The notes: generated from the sequence alone by a model not told the origin. Counted from the first letter of the stretch, positions 1 to 12,545 are shown. The stretch is 43,325 nucleotides of DNA from Conidiobolus incongruus B7586 (GCA_000697335.1 JNEM01012871.1:1-43325); one strand, 5' to 3'. Made by a program: numbers and translations.

Positions 1-389
1 AATAATATAAAATATTAATTTTCATCAAGTTTATTCCTTAGAATTATTTTATTAAATATAAGAGAATTATGATTCTTATTTATATTTCTCTTATTTAACC
101 TTATAAAATTATAATTGATATAAAATCTTAAATTAAAATATTTTTTTTATAAATATATTTAAATAAATTACTTATATTTCATAAAATATATATTTATATT
201 AATTAACAAAGTGAACAAAGAGTATCCTTTAATTATAAACTGACAAAGCCAGCTTAAAATAGAAATAATATTGGTTTAACTATCAAAATGAAATAAATGA
301 TTAAATTTAAAATATAACACAAAGGCAAATAAATATCATATACAATATAATAATTTATTTGATTGACATTCAAAATTTAGTTATTAAAA

Positions 390-1963
390 TTAATGTGAGG
401 CAGATGCACATTCTTCTGTAAAGCAGAGATTCAAATTTTCAAACTGACTTGCCAAATAATCCTGCTCCTCTCTCAAAATCCTGATATAGGAATAGGGATT
501 ACAACCACAAGAGCTGGATTGGAAAAATTGTTTGGATAGTTCTTGATCCAAAAATGGATTTTGGTATAATTCAACCAACTGAGATTTCAAATGATCTGGA
601 ATAGGGATGGTATTAAGTTCATGATATGGAATACTGAAAAAGAATAAAGCTGATAATTCTTTTAAATAATTCTCTGTTACCATATTGTTGCTAGATTCTT
701 GGGAGATGTAGGAATCTGTGAAAATAAACTTGGAGACTAATTCGTACATTTTAGTCTGTCTAATTGCTTTCATGAGTTGTTCAAATTTATCTAATTTAGG
801 TTCACTGGATGTGCCACAACCACTAGGACTGCAAGATCCGCAAACTCTGACAGATTCATTATGGTCAGAGTCTTTGACAACGATTACTCTCCTTGTAATG
901 AGTAAGTGAGGTGAAATAGATCCAGTTTTAAAAATGATATTCCAAAAATCATTAAGTGTTGAATTAGTACTCAGTTGTTTCAAGTCATTGGCCCAGTTTT
1001 GTACCATATATCTCCAGTGGTGTTTGGTACACATAAGTTTAGTGTACGATGATTTGTTGGGAGTAAAATCAGAGTTGAAACCTTTTGTCAAGCAACTATA
1101 CCCTCTAGACAATCCTGTAGCAGAGTCAATAGGCTTAAGTGAATCGAATAGCGTATTTAGAGGGACCCAATAAGAAGGATATTTAAATCTAGCAACATCT
1201 AAAACCAACACCATTTCCTCTTCATTATTATAAGCTCCAATAGGTGAAAAGTGACCATCTCCAGTCTGATTCAAAACCTTCCTAGAATAAGACACAACAA
1301 TTACTTCGTCGTTCGATGAACAAGATCTCTTAATATCCTCCCTAAATTGTTCCAAAGAGGATTGATCATGTCTTAAAGTTTTCACATTTAATCCGTTACA
1401 TTTGGCAATACAAGAAAATTCGGATAAAGTAATGCCCTTTTCCTTAACGTCCGCTAGACTACGACAACAGTCTAACATATCGTCGGCATAGTATCGCCAA
1501 GGACCCTTCCAATTCCTTAAAGGGTCTATTTCTAAACTGTTTAAAACCATTGACAAACTACCTAAGCCACAGTCTAAAAAAATAGGTAACTTGAAATAAA
1601 ATCATAATTTAAAATACTTACAGGCTGGTTCAGATTGTGTGGTAAAATGATTTGCTAAAGTAAAATAAATTTCACCATAACCTTCATTTAAAGATTGTTT
1701 AAATAGCTGTTTTCCGTTCTCAGAACTAAAAGATATTAAGTTCTTGGGTAAGACTCTCTAAATTAAAAATATTAAATTAGTTTTATAATTGCAATATAAA
1801 TATAGAAAAATTGGAATTAAATTTAATTTTAAAATATGATAATTAAATATCATTTGATATGAATATAAATGAATTAATAATATTATCCTTATTTTTTTAC
1901 CTTATAGAAACTTCTAACAACGTTAGCAGCGGCAGCACTAGCAGTAGCAACAGCAGAACTCAT
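390..1963 (-). CDS. PCS1: Phytochelatin synthase (glutathione gamma-glutamylcysteinyltransferase), 3 exons, ~460 aa
   Basis: Exons 1963-1901, 1757-1622 and 1573-390 joined by GT-AG introns give MSSAVA...SFYK|RVLP...TTQSEPAY|CGLGSLSMVLN. The papain-like triad is present: Cys (QSEPAYCG), His (GHFSPIG), Asp (LDVARFKYP). WKGPWRYY and MLDCC are also PCS hallmarks. Confidence 0.95.
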
Positions 1964-2370
1964 TATTTATAAAATTTTATAATTTTATTAATCTGATAAA
2001 TTCTATTTATATACCTTTATCTGATAATTTTTATTTTTAAAATTTTAGAAAGTAACACATTTATGTGGATAAATTTTTTAAGGGTAAAAAGTATTAAACA
2101 GTTTTGAAATAAAAATTTATATTTTCAAATTTCATTATCAAATTGTAATTTCAGAATTTTTAAATCATAATATTGAATAATTTAGTAATATTTATTAAAT
2201 TAGATTTTACATATATAATAATAAATATAATTTGATAAAATTAATACAAATTAAAATTTTTGAAAATATTGGAGTTTGAATATCTAATGAAAATTATGTA
2301 ACAGTGAAATATTTTAGAAATAAACTAAAGCAAAATGACTTCAAATTGAAACCTATTGAAAAAAATTTCT

Positions 2371-2452
2371 CGACAGCTACCGGATTTGAACCGATGCGGG
2401 CAGAGCCCATCAGATTTCGAGTCTGACTCCTTAACCACTCGGACAAACTGCC
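2371..2452 (-). tRNA. tRNA-Ser(CGA), intronless, long variable arm
   Basis: Reverse complement GGCAGTTTGTCCGAGTGGTTAAGGAGTCAGACTCGAAATCTGATGGGCTCTGCCCGCATCGGTTCAAATCCGGTAGCTGTCG. Anticodon stem TCAGA/TCTGA around CT-CGA-AA, variable hairpin GGGC/GCCC, GGTTCAAATCC B box, and a downstream T-run Pol III terminator. Confidence 0.95.
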
Positions 2453-2696
2453 TTATCTTGCGAGTATTTTATTAAAAATATAATATTTGTTAAACCTTAT
2501 ACAACTTAATTCCATACTCTTTCTGTTTCCCTACTCAATAAATTTAGAATCAATCATCAACCTTAATTTTATTAGCAAGAATTTATTATTCAAATATTTA
2601 ATATCAGGTTTAATATAATAAACAAAAATAAATTTCTTGTTTTTGAATTTCAAACAAATAAGATGTTATTAAAAATAATATTTTATAGGTTAACCT

Positions 2697-4622
2697 TTAT
2701 GATTTCTGAAAATATGTGTGCAAAGGATCTGGATGCACTTCTTCAGAGCCCAAGACATCATTAACAAGATTATAACATTCTTCTGCAAGAGGATAAATGT
2801 GAGAGCAACTCATTAAAACTTCGAGACCCACATTAATAAACTGATTACTTTTCTCTTTGTCTCTATTGGAATTTTTATAATTGAAAACGTGTACCAAAAT
2901 AGCACTCGTCAAACTATAGAATCGATAAGTCACTCCACAGTTAATAAATAGGCTTTCCATATTCTTTGAGGCCAATATAATTTCCGTGGCTGATTTAGTG
3001 TATTGATTCTGGAATTTCTCTCTGATAATAGGGTCGTGATAATCATGATAAGGTAAACAAAGCTGGATGACGATTGAATGATATATTAACTTGGGGATAT
3101 ATATGAATGATTTAAAAGCTTGATATACTTCGCTAGATTGACCATGGATATACGGACGTAGTTCGTTGGATTGACCTTGTAACCAGCACTCAAGCTCCTT
3201 CAGTAAATCTTCAGTGTCTTTTCGTTTTTTATCGAGGTCATCCTTTTTGTTCTCATCTCGTTTGGTTTTAAGGATGAAAACTGCTTCACCCATTAAAAAG
3301 CTCAGTGTGTACATATGACGGAAACACAATTCAGATCCCAATCTCGAAATATCAGCTTCATTCATTGGATTGTCATAATTGGCTACAGGCAAAGCTGGTG
3401 GATCTATTCTTGAGGTGACTTTGTGAAGGTTAACGTGACGATTCATCCCAAATGCGTATAATTTATCCAAAATACAACATGCCCACCAAATACGCTTTCT
3501 CATCTCAACCGCCCAAGGAGGTATTCGGGATGAATGGACCGTTTTATTACACCCTAACATCTGTGCCATCACGATTCCCTTTCCTAAATAATATGCAGAC
3601 TTGTTGAATTCGCTATATTTTACTAAATATTGCGCCATCATTAAATACACTATACAAACCGATATCGATGGTTTAAATTTTTGGGCCAAGAAACTGTTGA
3701 ATGCCAAATTATCAAAGAATTCAATCAATGTGGGATCCTCTGGACCATATAAATATCTAGCACCAGCTGCACAGACATAATTAGTTAGTAAATTGCATTG
3801 TAAAAAATAATGACTATAAAATATATTGGGATCTATTAAAGGAAAGGTTGGGTTATAATGCTTAAAGAAAGCTTGGCTCAGATCAAACATCAATTGATAA
3901 CTAAGTGTTAGTTGAATAGCAGAGCCGTTCATAGTGGATACATTTGCTCGTAATTTGCTAACTCGACGTTCACAAGGTAATTTTGGGCCTTGATGATTTT
4001 GTGTATAAAATGTTCCAATGTAGTTACACACTAAGAAAATCACCGGGCTATTACCAAAGTACTCAATATCCCCAGATTGATTTTTGTAGAAATTGGAACT
4101 GGATGTATTATCAATCAAAGAATTGTTCAATATAGCCTGAAGAATTTGAGCAGATCGAAAATTGATATGATTTGACATGAATGAATTTCTAGACGCTATG
4201 CTGAAAGTATTGATGAAAGATTTTTGTATTAATACATGGTCTTCTTCGGACAATTCTCCCAATTGCATCCTCTTTCTTAGAAAAGCGATATCGTTATCAT
4301 GGTTGGTAGATTTATTGATATCCCAAAGTTCCAGTGAATGTGAAAAATTCAGATTTGTATTGTTATCCTTATTAATATGAAGAACAGAATTTAAAAAATT
4401 CTTATTATATTTTTGCACTTGATGTCGAGGAGCTGTCCCAGGAGCCGGACCACGTTTTCTAGGCTGTGTCATATAAGTACATTCGGCATTTTTTTCGATA
4501 CATGTTGAGCAGGGATATTGACGATTGCACCTGACTTTAGATCTCTTACAACGATCACAGCATGGGATCTTGGGTGTTGAAGATGAGCTGCTATTCGAAG
4601 CTAAGGCAAGGATCTTGGCCAT
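2697..4622 (-). CDS. Zn(II)2Cys6 binuclear cluster transcription factor with fungal-specific TF (middle homology) domain
   Basis: CDRCKRSKVRCNRQYPCSTCIEKNAEC matches C-x2-C-x6-C-x5-C-x2-C-x6-C, followed by RKRGP. Middle-homology motifs FFKHYNPTFPLI and EMRKRIWWACCILD. Single 641-aa ORF. Confidence 0.93.
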   Translation of the reverse strand: MAKILALASNSSSSSTPKIPCCDRCKRSKVRCNRQYPCSTCIEKNAECTYMTQPRKRGPAPGTAPRHQVQKYNKNFLNSVLHINKDNNTNLNFSHSLELWDINKSTNHDNDIAFLRKRMQLGELSEEDHVLIQKSFINTFSIASRNSFMSNHINFRSAQILQAILNNSLIDNTSSSNFYKNQSGDIEYFGNSPVIFLVCNYIGTFYTQNHQGPKLPCERRVSKLRANVSTMNGSAIQLTLSYQLMFDLSQAFFKHYNPTFPLIDPNIFYSHYFLQCNLLTNYVCAAGARYLYGPEDPTLIEFFDNLAFNSFLAQKFKPSISVCIVYLMMAQYLVKYSEFNKSAYYLGKGIVMAQMLGCNKTVHSSRIPPWAVEMRKRIWWACCILDKLYAFGMNRHVNLHKVTSRIDPPALPVANYDNPMNEADISRLGSELCFRHMYTLSFLMGEAVFILKTKRDENKKDDLDKKRKDTEDLLKELECWLQGQSNELRPYIHGQSSEVYQAFKSFIYIPKLIYHSIVIQLCLPYHDYHDPIIREKFQNQYTKSATEIILASKNMESLFINCGVTYRFYSLTSAILVHVFNYKNSNRDKEKSNQFINVGLEVLMSCSHIYPLAEECYNLVNDVLGSEEVHPDPLHTYFQKS

Positions 4623-7600
4623 TTCAAATAGATATAATTTTAATTATAACGAATCTATATGGTTCAAAGATTTCTGAATAATGGTATTTTTCTCAAGAAG
4701 ATTTTAATTATTAATGGTCAACCCAATTAAATAATATCAATATAGCAAAATCAACTTAAGAGTATAACGTAATATGGAAATATTAAAATACTCAATCAGA
4801 GAATAGGCAGATCAGGCAAGGTATTTATATATGATATTCAGCGGGTTAACAATCGAAAGGTAAAAATAGCAATATGCTAAAGCCTAATAAGGTTGATGGA
4901 GAAGAGAAGTGTTAGTATAAAACAGAGTGAACCCTTAGACAAAGGATAAGAGGAGTTTGTTCTGAACAAGCTAAACTAGCAAATATATAAGAAACAGTGG
5001 TTTCCTGTAACAATTTAACCCTCCTTTATAACTAAAATTTATAAATTATTGGGATAGTTTACATTTTATAAGAAAAATGGGTATATTTATATTTATATTT
5101 TCCGAAAAAAGGCCTTCCTTATTGAGCTCACTAGTCATTTAACTCCTTAAACAAATCTAAGCAATCCATTCTTTTTATTAAAACTTCTTTTATTAAGCCA
5201 AATTCCATTATAAAACTAGAACAGCATCAACTTATGAATCATTTGATGTTTATCGTATTATCAATTCCATTTCAACTCACCTTCATTGCCTTGAAATAAT
5301 TTATTGTTTTAATAAAAATTTATTAATTATTGATATTTATTCTTTTGATTTACTAAATACAATAATAGTATTAATTATTTATAACTCTCCTTTGAAATTG
5401 TTAATTATTTTAGTTAACAAAATTTGACTAAATTTAAAATTGAAAAAATTTCAGTTTTTTTTCAAATAATAGTATTTAAAAGCTATTGTCATATATGAAT
5501 CAATAGTCTAGAATATTGAATATTTAGCCAAATTTGTCAATGATAATTGATATCTATTTAAATTAAACTAAATATTCTTGAGCTATTTAATATTAAATAA
5601 AATCAAAAAAATATTACAATCAATTTGTGATTGTGATTATAAAAATATATGTATCTTGGTAGAAAATAATATTTAACATTAAATGGATAACATTTCAATT
5701 TAACTGGCTATTTGAACTCTTTACTCAAACTATATATAAATATAATTATATATTCTAAATGACATTTTAGCCAAATTTAATCAAATATTGCTAATCGAAT
5801 TATTCAGATTCCTAATTTGGTATAGAAATCTGATTTTAATTACATAAATAGCAATTTAATAAATTTACATTCATTAATTTGTATAAAAATGAGATGAAAT
5901 GACTAAGATTGTAATAAGATTAAAATAGCTAATTCAAAGACTCAGTCCCAGTATTTAAACTATTTAATATTCAAAACAATGTTGAAATATATAAATTAAC
6001 CATCTAAATTTTTTGATATACTTTTATTCAAGAGACATTATGGTGCTATAATTTGCATTAGTTTGATTTAAAGCTCTTGGTTTTAACTAGTATATTTAAG
6101 TTAAATGAAAAGCTAGTGTTAATATTCCCCAATTGGTAAGCCAACAATTGAGACCATTTATCAATGATAATCATCAAGGAAGTTTTCTTATTATTTTATT
6201 AATTACCAAATATCTTCTGGTTAATAATATTCCTTTTAAGAAATAACATATTTGAATTATTCCAAATTTAAATTATAAATTAATTTTAATTGTCTATTTT
6301 CTCCAGATAATATGTTTTATATTAAAATAAAATAATAATAATAAATATGAAAAAGTTGATCAATCTTATAAGTTTTGATATTTTGCTTGATACGTCACTG
6401 TTTTTGATATTAGATAGAGATATTTAATATATTTCAATATACAACAAATATCAGTTGTAATATCTCTAAAGTTAAATCTTCATTTGGGGTCAACACTTGT
6501 ACAAAATTAAATGTAAATTTTTAATATCAACATATTAAAGTTATTTTATTTTAATCATATTTACCACGTTTATTTATTTAGTATAATTGATACTATAATT
6601 GTAACATCTAACTACTCACCATTCTAATTACACAATTATTCACACTCATTTTTTGAAATTAAAATTTTTTTTTGCAAATTTTCCACTTATTACAGAACTA
6701 TAATTGAATCATTTCATTAAAATATTTTGATAATTTATTATAAAAGTTAGAAAATAAAGTTTAAATTTGGTTATATTGAATTAGGACATATATTGACTAA
6801 AGATCATAAGTCTTAGATAAAAAATAGCTACTCCTTTTTATATATTTTCAATTTGAGTTCATTTTTGATATTCTGATATTTATAGAAATATATTATTTCA
6901 TCTTCCATTGTTGTGAAAAATATATAAGCATCAACTTGATCAATATTTATTTTGTTCTTGTGTGGATACTAAAGCTTGAAAAAGTGATGGTCTGATAGTA
7001 CAACGCCAATGTAAGCATGTTAATTGTAAATTAATTTAAATCCTAATTTTTCAAGACATTCTGTGGATCCTTGGAAAATACAATTTGCTATTATATTGAA
7101 ATCACTGCCATAAAATTAAACTGGGATAATATTTATATCAATGTTACATATCTAATTGAAAGATTGATAAGAATGAACCTGAATATATTTGCAAATAATA
7201 AATTAGTATAAATAATTTTGAATTCAAAATTATTTAAATATAAAATAAATCAATTAGAATTGAAAAGCACAAATTATATTTAAAGTTTTGAGTTAAAGAA
7301 AAAATATAACTTATATAATTATAGAATAATTTATTAACAAAACTAATAGTTTAGTGACTTTTTAAACATAAAATATTGCACTTAGTATATCAATACTCTA
7401 TATCTTATCAAATATATCAGGTTAAATTTTAATTCATAATGATTACATGATTTCATCATGTCAAATTTTATCATCTCTCAAAATTACTTTAATAGCTATT
7501 TTTATAGAATGAGTTTCTATTATTATGTAAACAATTTTTTTGATTTAATTTTACTAGAATTTAAATTTAAAATATTGGTTTATTGCTAATTATTAGTATC

Positions 7601-10186
7601 TTATGATAATTTTAATATAATTTTCATTAAATTATCATTAAAATCTTAAAATAGTAAAATTTTATTAAATAATTAATTTTTATTTATGATATTAACCACA
7701 TAAAATAAATAATATAATTTGTTCATCAAATAAAATAAAACTAAATAAGACATATTTATAAACTTAATAAAAATAAACATTTATCCTTAAAAATTGATTA
7801 ATTTACATTTAAATTTTGATTAAAATTCAATGGTAAATTCAAATTAAATAAATTGAATAATATAATAAAAATCAATTGGAGCATTTATTATTAAAATTTT
7901 GATATTGGTATAAACCCTGAAATCAAGTTAGTAACATTAATTTATTTATACTTGGAATACAAAGCCGAAGGAAGTAATATTTTTAAAGATATTGCTTTTA
8001 TTTCTCAATAATGAAAAATTAATCATTAAATAGGAAATATACTAACAGATATGTTATCCTTTTTTCTATAGTAATATTTATAAATTTAAGATTAATGAAC
8101 TTGTATTAATATTCAAAATGGTTATATTTACACAAAAATAAAGATATGAATATATCCTAAACACACCATAAAAATAAATCAACTTGCTTAATATATTTAT
8201 TAATAATAATTTTTGTCTCCTGACATAAGACTTAAACAATATTAAACTATATTTAATATTCCCATATATTATATTAAAACTAATTATAAATGATATAGAT
8301 ATTATGGCATTTTATAAATTGTTTATTATATTTAAAATTGAATTAGTATAATTCTAAATTTCAATAATTATAATATGAAATCTTGATAATTTGATTATAA
8401 CTTTAAATTTCAAAACCAAGATAAAAAAATTAAATGCTTTTTATAATATAATATTTTATACAATTGTTGCTGTTAGCAGGCCCGAGAACAGAGCATTGGT
8501 GGCATGCTAAAGCATTCCAGCCATAATAACCTGAAGTAAATTGCTGACGACGAGGAACAAGTACTGGACAACTTGGGCAACGACTAGTTGTTTGAGCGTA
8601 GGTTCGAGTTGTCGTTGATGAATTGGCATTAATGCTAGATTTTATATCATTTTTGAGAGGATTCAGTATATGGATGGTGTGTGAGGAATTGGAGATAAGT
8701 AATAGGGAGTAGGAAGGTGTCCTTTCTCATGTTTATAGTAGGATTAGTTTCTATACTTAATGTTATTAGTATGTGACCTTAGTCTTGAGGTGTAGCTTAA
8801 TGATGAGAGAAGAATTATTCATCTTCTGGATATGCTAAGGGAATTTAGATATAAATTGGAGAACATCAGCTGATATTTCAGGATTGTGATAATTATAATT
8901 CAAAGCATATTCCGTTTTATAATTACAGATATATAATACTCTTGTCTTATCAACTTTCATTGTCGAGTAGATCCTCCAAATATACTTGAATACCATCGAT
9001 AAGATAATAACAATGATTAAAATCTGAGTCATTAAATAATGGTTATGTTGCTAAAATATTAATAAATATAATTTGCACTCTTTAATATGAATTAATATAG
9101 CTATTTTAATATGAATATCAAAACAAAGTATGAAGATTAAAATATTGTCATTGATTAGTTAAAATTTATTTTATTATAATATATAACATAAACAACCATT
9201 TAAACCAAATCAGTCGAATGATTATAAAAATTTATATCGTAGTATGATATTAAAATTGTTCAAATTATTTAATTTGAAAAAGCTATCTCATTATGACAAA
9301 GTAGATACTTTTTAATGTGAATCAATGAGTTCTTAACATTGAATTATTGTATTCTTATTAAATATTGTTTTAAAATTCATGCACAAATGAAATTTGTATT
9401 TTTAAATAAATGGGATAGCATATGAATATTAATATTATAGGTTTAATATTATAATACAAGAAATAATAAAGGAGGCTTTGATAGTTTAATATTAATATCA
9501 TCACACTTGATTTGGTTTTAAAATTTATTTTCACATTAATTTAATGTTTAATATTTTGCAATTTAAAATAATTTTTAAATAATATTAGAACAAAACATTA
9601 TATTATAGAAATATAATTAATATAGTATAGTCTAATAATTTGTGATTTATGTATTATTATTTTACAGTTTACTATTATTAGTTGTTATAATAATAGTTAA
9701 AGATTAATTGGTTTTAGAAGCAATTTATAGAATATTTTGATATTAAAATTTCAGCATTATATACTTCATTCCATCACAGTTAAATAAATAAAATCATATT
9801 ATTTTAAATATAGTATCGATGATATATATATTATAATTATCATAACTTTCTTACGTAATATTGTATATTACTATATATTATTGAATAAATCAAAATTTAT
9901 AATAATTAGTATTAAAAATTGAACAATTTTAGTTAAATTTACGTTGAATTAAAATTGGAAATATTTATTAAAAATATAAATTGAATAAGAAATTAAAGAG
10001 ATGGTGTTCACGTGAAGATTCCTCTAAAATAATTTGTTAAATTATTAAATTTGGCCAATAAAAATATTTCATAAAATTTAAAGCAAAGAAATAATAACTA
10101 AATATGCGAAACAATATATCCAGAAGCAAGACTATTGCTAGGTCCTCTCTCTTACCATATCCGTGTTAAACTTAGTTTGATAAGAA

Positions 10187-10810
10187 ATGGGTCGGTATGT
10201 AAAAAGTTTTAATTAAATAAAAATAATGATAAAATGATAAAATAAAAGAATAAGTAAGCAAAAGATCATTACTGAACAAAAGACGATGACTAAATTCAAC
10301 CAATGCAACCATCAACTTATCCAAAGAATGATCATTTACTGAAGTTATACAACTGACTAAAATAACTAGAAACACTCAATATTGTCAAAAATTAGCTTAA
10401 ATCTTTACTTAATTTAAGATCATGAACTAACCTATTTAATTAATTTAGCTTGTACAGCAAAGGACGTGTTTTGGGATATAAACGCTCTATGCGCAACCAA
10501 GATGTTAAAACCTCTCTCATCAAGTTAGAAGGTGTCCGCACTAAAGAAGATACCGAATTCTACCTTGGTAAGCGTGTTGCCTACGTTTACAAGGCTAAGA
10601 CCCTCAAGAACGGTACCAAAGCCCGTGTCATGTGGGGCAAGATTACCCGTGCCCACGGTAACTCCGGAACCGTCCGTGCTAGATTCCAAAAGAACCTTCC
10701 CCCCAGCGCCATGGGCCGCCTTGTCCGTGTGGTAAATATTAAATATATAATATTCAATGGAAATGTTTTAATTCTTTTTTTTCTAGATGCTCTACCCCTC
10801 TCGCATCTAA
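10187..10810 (+). CDS. RPL33: 60S ribosomal protein eL33 (L35A / yeast L33), 3 exons, 104 aa
   Basis: Exons 10187-10194 (ATGGGTCG|gtatgt), 10449-10731 and 10787-10810 give [16 protein letters not shown]...[11 protein letters not shown]...[18 protein letters not shown]...VRV|MLYPSRI*. This is a canonical eL33 sequence with strong codon bias. Confidence 0.96.
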
Positions 10811-11651
10811 TTCAGCTCCTTGTATTTTATTCAATTCTCAATATAATAAAATCGTACAGGGAAATTTACTTCTGTAAACATCGCTTAAATCCAGTAACCC
10901 CCAATAGCGCTGAAATAATTCGTTTTATTCGGGAAGCTCTTTTGTCTCTATATCAAATGGATTATAAATAATCTTTGAATTTGGAAATTTATTATCTTTA
11001 TTTAATATATTGATTAACTATTTAGCTTTATTTTTTATTCTTTTTTAGGTTATATCTTTTATATCTTTATATAATTATATAACATATTTTAGTCGCAATT
11101 TTTTCTAATTTCAAATCTTAATTCAATCACTATATCTCTATTTAATAATTTGAGTTTAATATTTTATTAATGTTTATTACTAGTATAATTTAAGATTTCA
11201 TTAAAATTATTTATTATTATTAGTTTTGAATACCTTTAAAATTAAAATTTTTATTTATGTAATAAATTCCTTAATATTTTATTAATTACTTAAAGTTTTT
11301 ATACCTAATTATTAATATATTGAATATTTTTGTAAATAATTTAAAATTTTATTTAATAAATAAAATTTAAAGAAAATAAATTTTATATTTAAATAATTTT
11401 AAAAAATTAATAATAAATATATAAATTATAATGTATAATATCGATTAATGATACTATAGTTTCAAAATATAGTGATTTATATAAATTGGCTTAATAATGG
11501 GAGTTAATTTGAAATTCAATTTGCATCAACTTTAAATTAAATTTCAAAATTGATTATTTAATTTAAATAATTAAATTATATTTAATATTCTTAATAATTA
11601 ATAAAAATACTTATTTATTATTTATTATATATATTATAAAGAATTAAAATA

Positions 11652-12545
11652 ATGAATGAAGATGCTACTCTAATTTCTTTGGCAGTTATTGAGAAGGGTG
11701 GGAGTTTTAACTTAATTGACAATGAAGATTTTGCATTCTTAAACGTTTATAAAATGCCCTCTAAGAAGAGAACGAGGCGGATCAAACTAAAGGATTGGAT
11801 ATGATCCCCAGTATTTCAGTATTTTATGTCTGGATTAGTCGTTCTTAGTTTATGTTTATCTATCACAGAATTCGTTATGGGTGTTTTTATAGCCAATGGT
11901 ACCGTTAAAAATATTCATCGGGTGGAGTTTGCTCAGGATACTATTTTAAAAGTGAATTTAGGGTTATTAGCATTATTCAATGTGGAAGTGTTAGTGAGAG
12001 GTGGGTAATTGGTTATAAATTATACTTTCAAGATGGATGGAATATATTTGATTTTGTGATTATTTTTCTGTCTTGTATCCTAGAAGCCTTGTATCAAGTG
12101 GATTTTTTAAAAGCGCTACCAAAGCAGTCACTGTGGGGATGGCGCTTCGACTTTGGAACGCGCTTAGAATCATTCATTTAATCGGAAGAACTTTGACAAA
12201 TCAGGAACAGACTAGGTTGAATGCGTCTCAAGATAATTATCGGTCGATTAAATTGAAGCTTGATGACTTAAAGGAATGAATTCAAGGTTGACTAAAGAGA
12301 AACTCCGATACCAAAAGAAATTGGTCAATTCTTTCTCAGAATTGGAGCAAATACAAGCCGAGAATATAAATTTTCATAAAGAGCCATGGAAGATGATGGT
12401 CCCTATTCACAACTCCTTAAATATTCGTTAGAATTACATTAAGGACAAATCTCTAAGCCGTGTTCCTTCGTTAACCTATTCCAACACATGTTCAGATTTC
12501 TCATTCTCTTCCAACAGACGCAACTCAAGTCTTTGGTTCATATAA
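11652..12545 (+). pseudogene. Disrupted voltage-sensor-domain protein, Hv1 (voltage-gated proton channel)/TMEM266-like
   Basis: Reconstructed across frames: S1 SPVFQYFMSGLVVLSLCLSITEF, S2 NLGLLALFNVEVLVR, S3 YFQDGWNIFDFVIIFLSCILEA, S4 MALRLWNALRIIH, then a coiled-coil-like tail. In-frame TGA at 11802-11804, 1-nt frameshifts near 12000, 12087 and 12275, and a further stop near 12428. Confidence 0.75.

Noticed and set aside
5600..7200. Possible degraded coding or transposase remnants in the long AT-rich gap (e.g. IIIDKWS on minus, QCKHVNC on plus)
   Set aside because: Isolated short motifs with no collinear series, terminal repeats or target-site duplication.
10850..10950. Slightly GC-richer segment after RPL33 with short hairpins (possible ncRNA)
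   Set aside because: No convincing snRNA, snoRNA, RNase P/MRP or SRP signature could be identified.
10732..10971. C-terminal extension of the 173-aa ORF containing RPL33
   Set aside because: Read-through into an intron and the 3' region; splicing at 10732-10786 gives the canonical MLYPSRI end.
11802..11804. In-frame TGA as evidence for UGA recoding (Trp or Sec)
   Set aside because: RPN2 terminates with TGA, Trp is TGG in intact genes, and the locus has other lesions.
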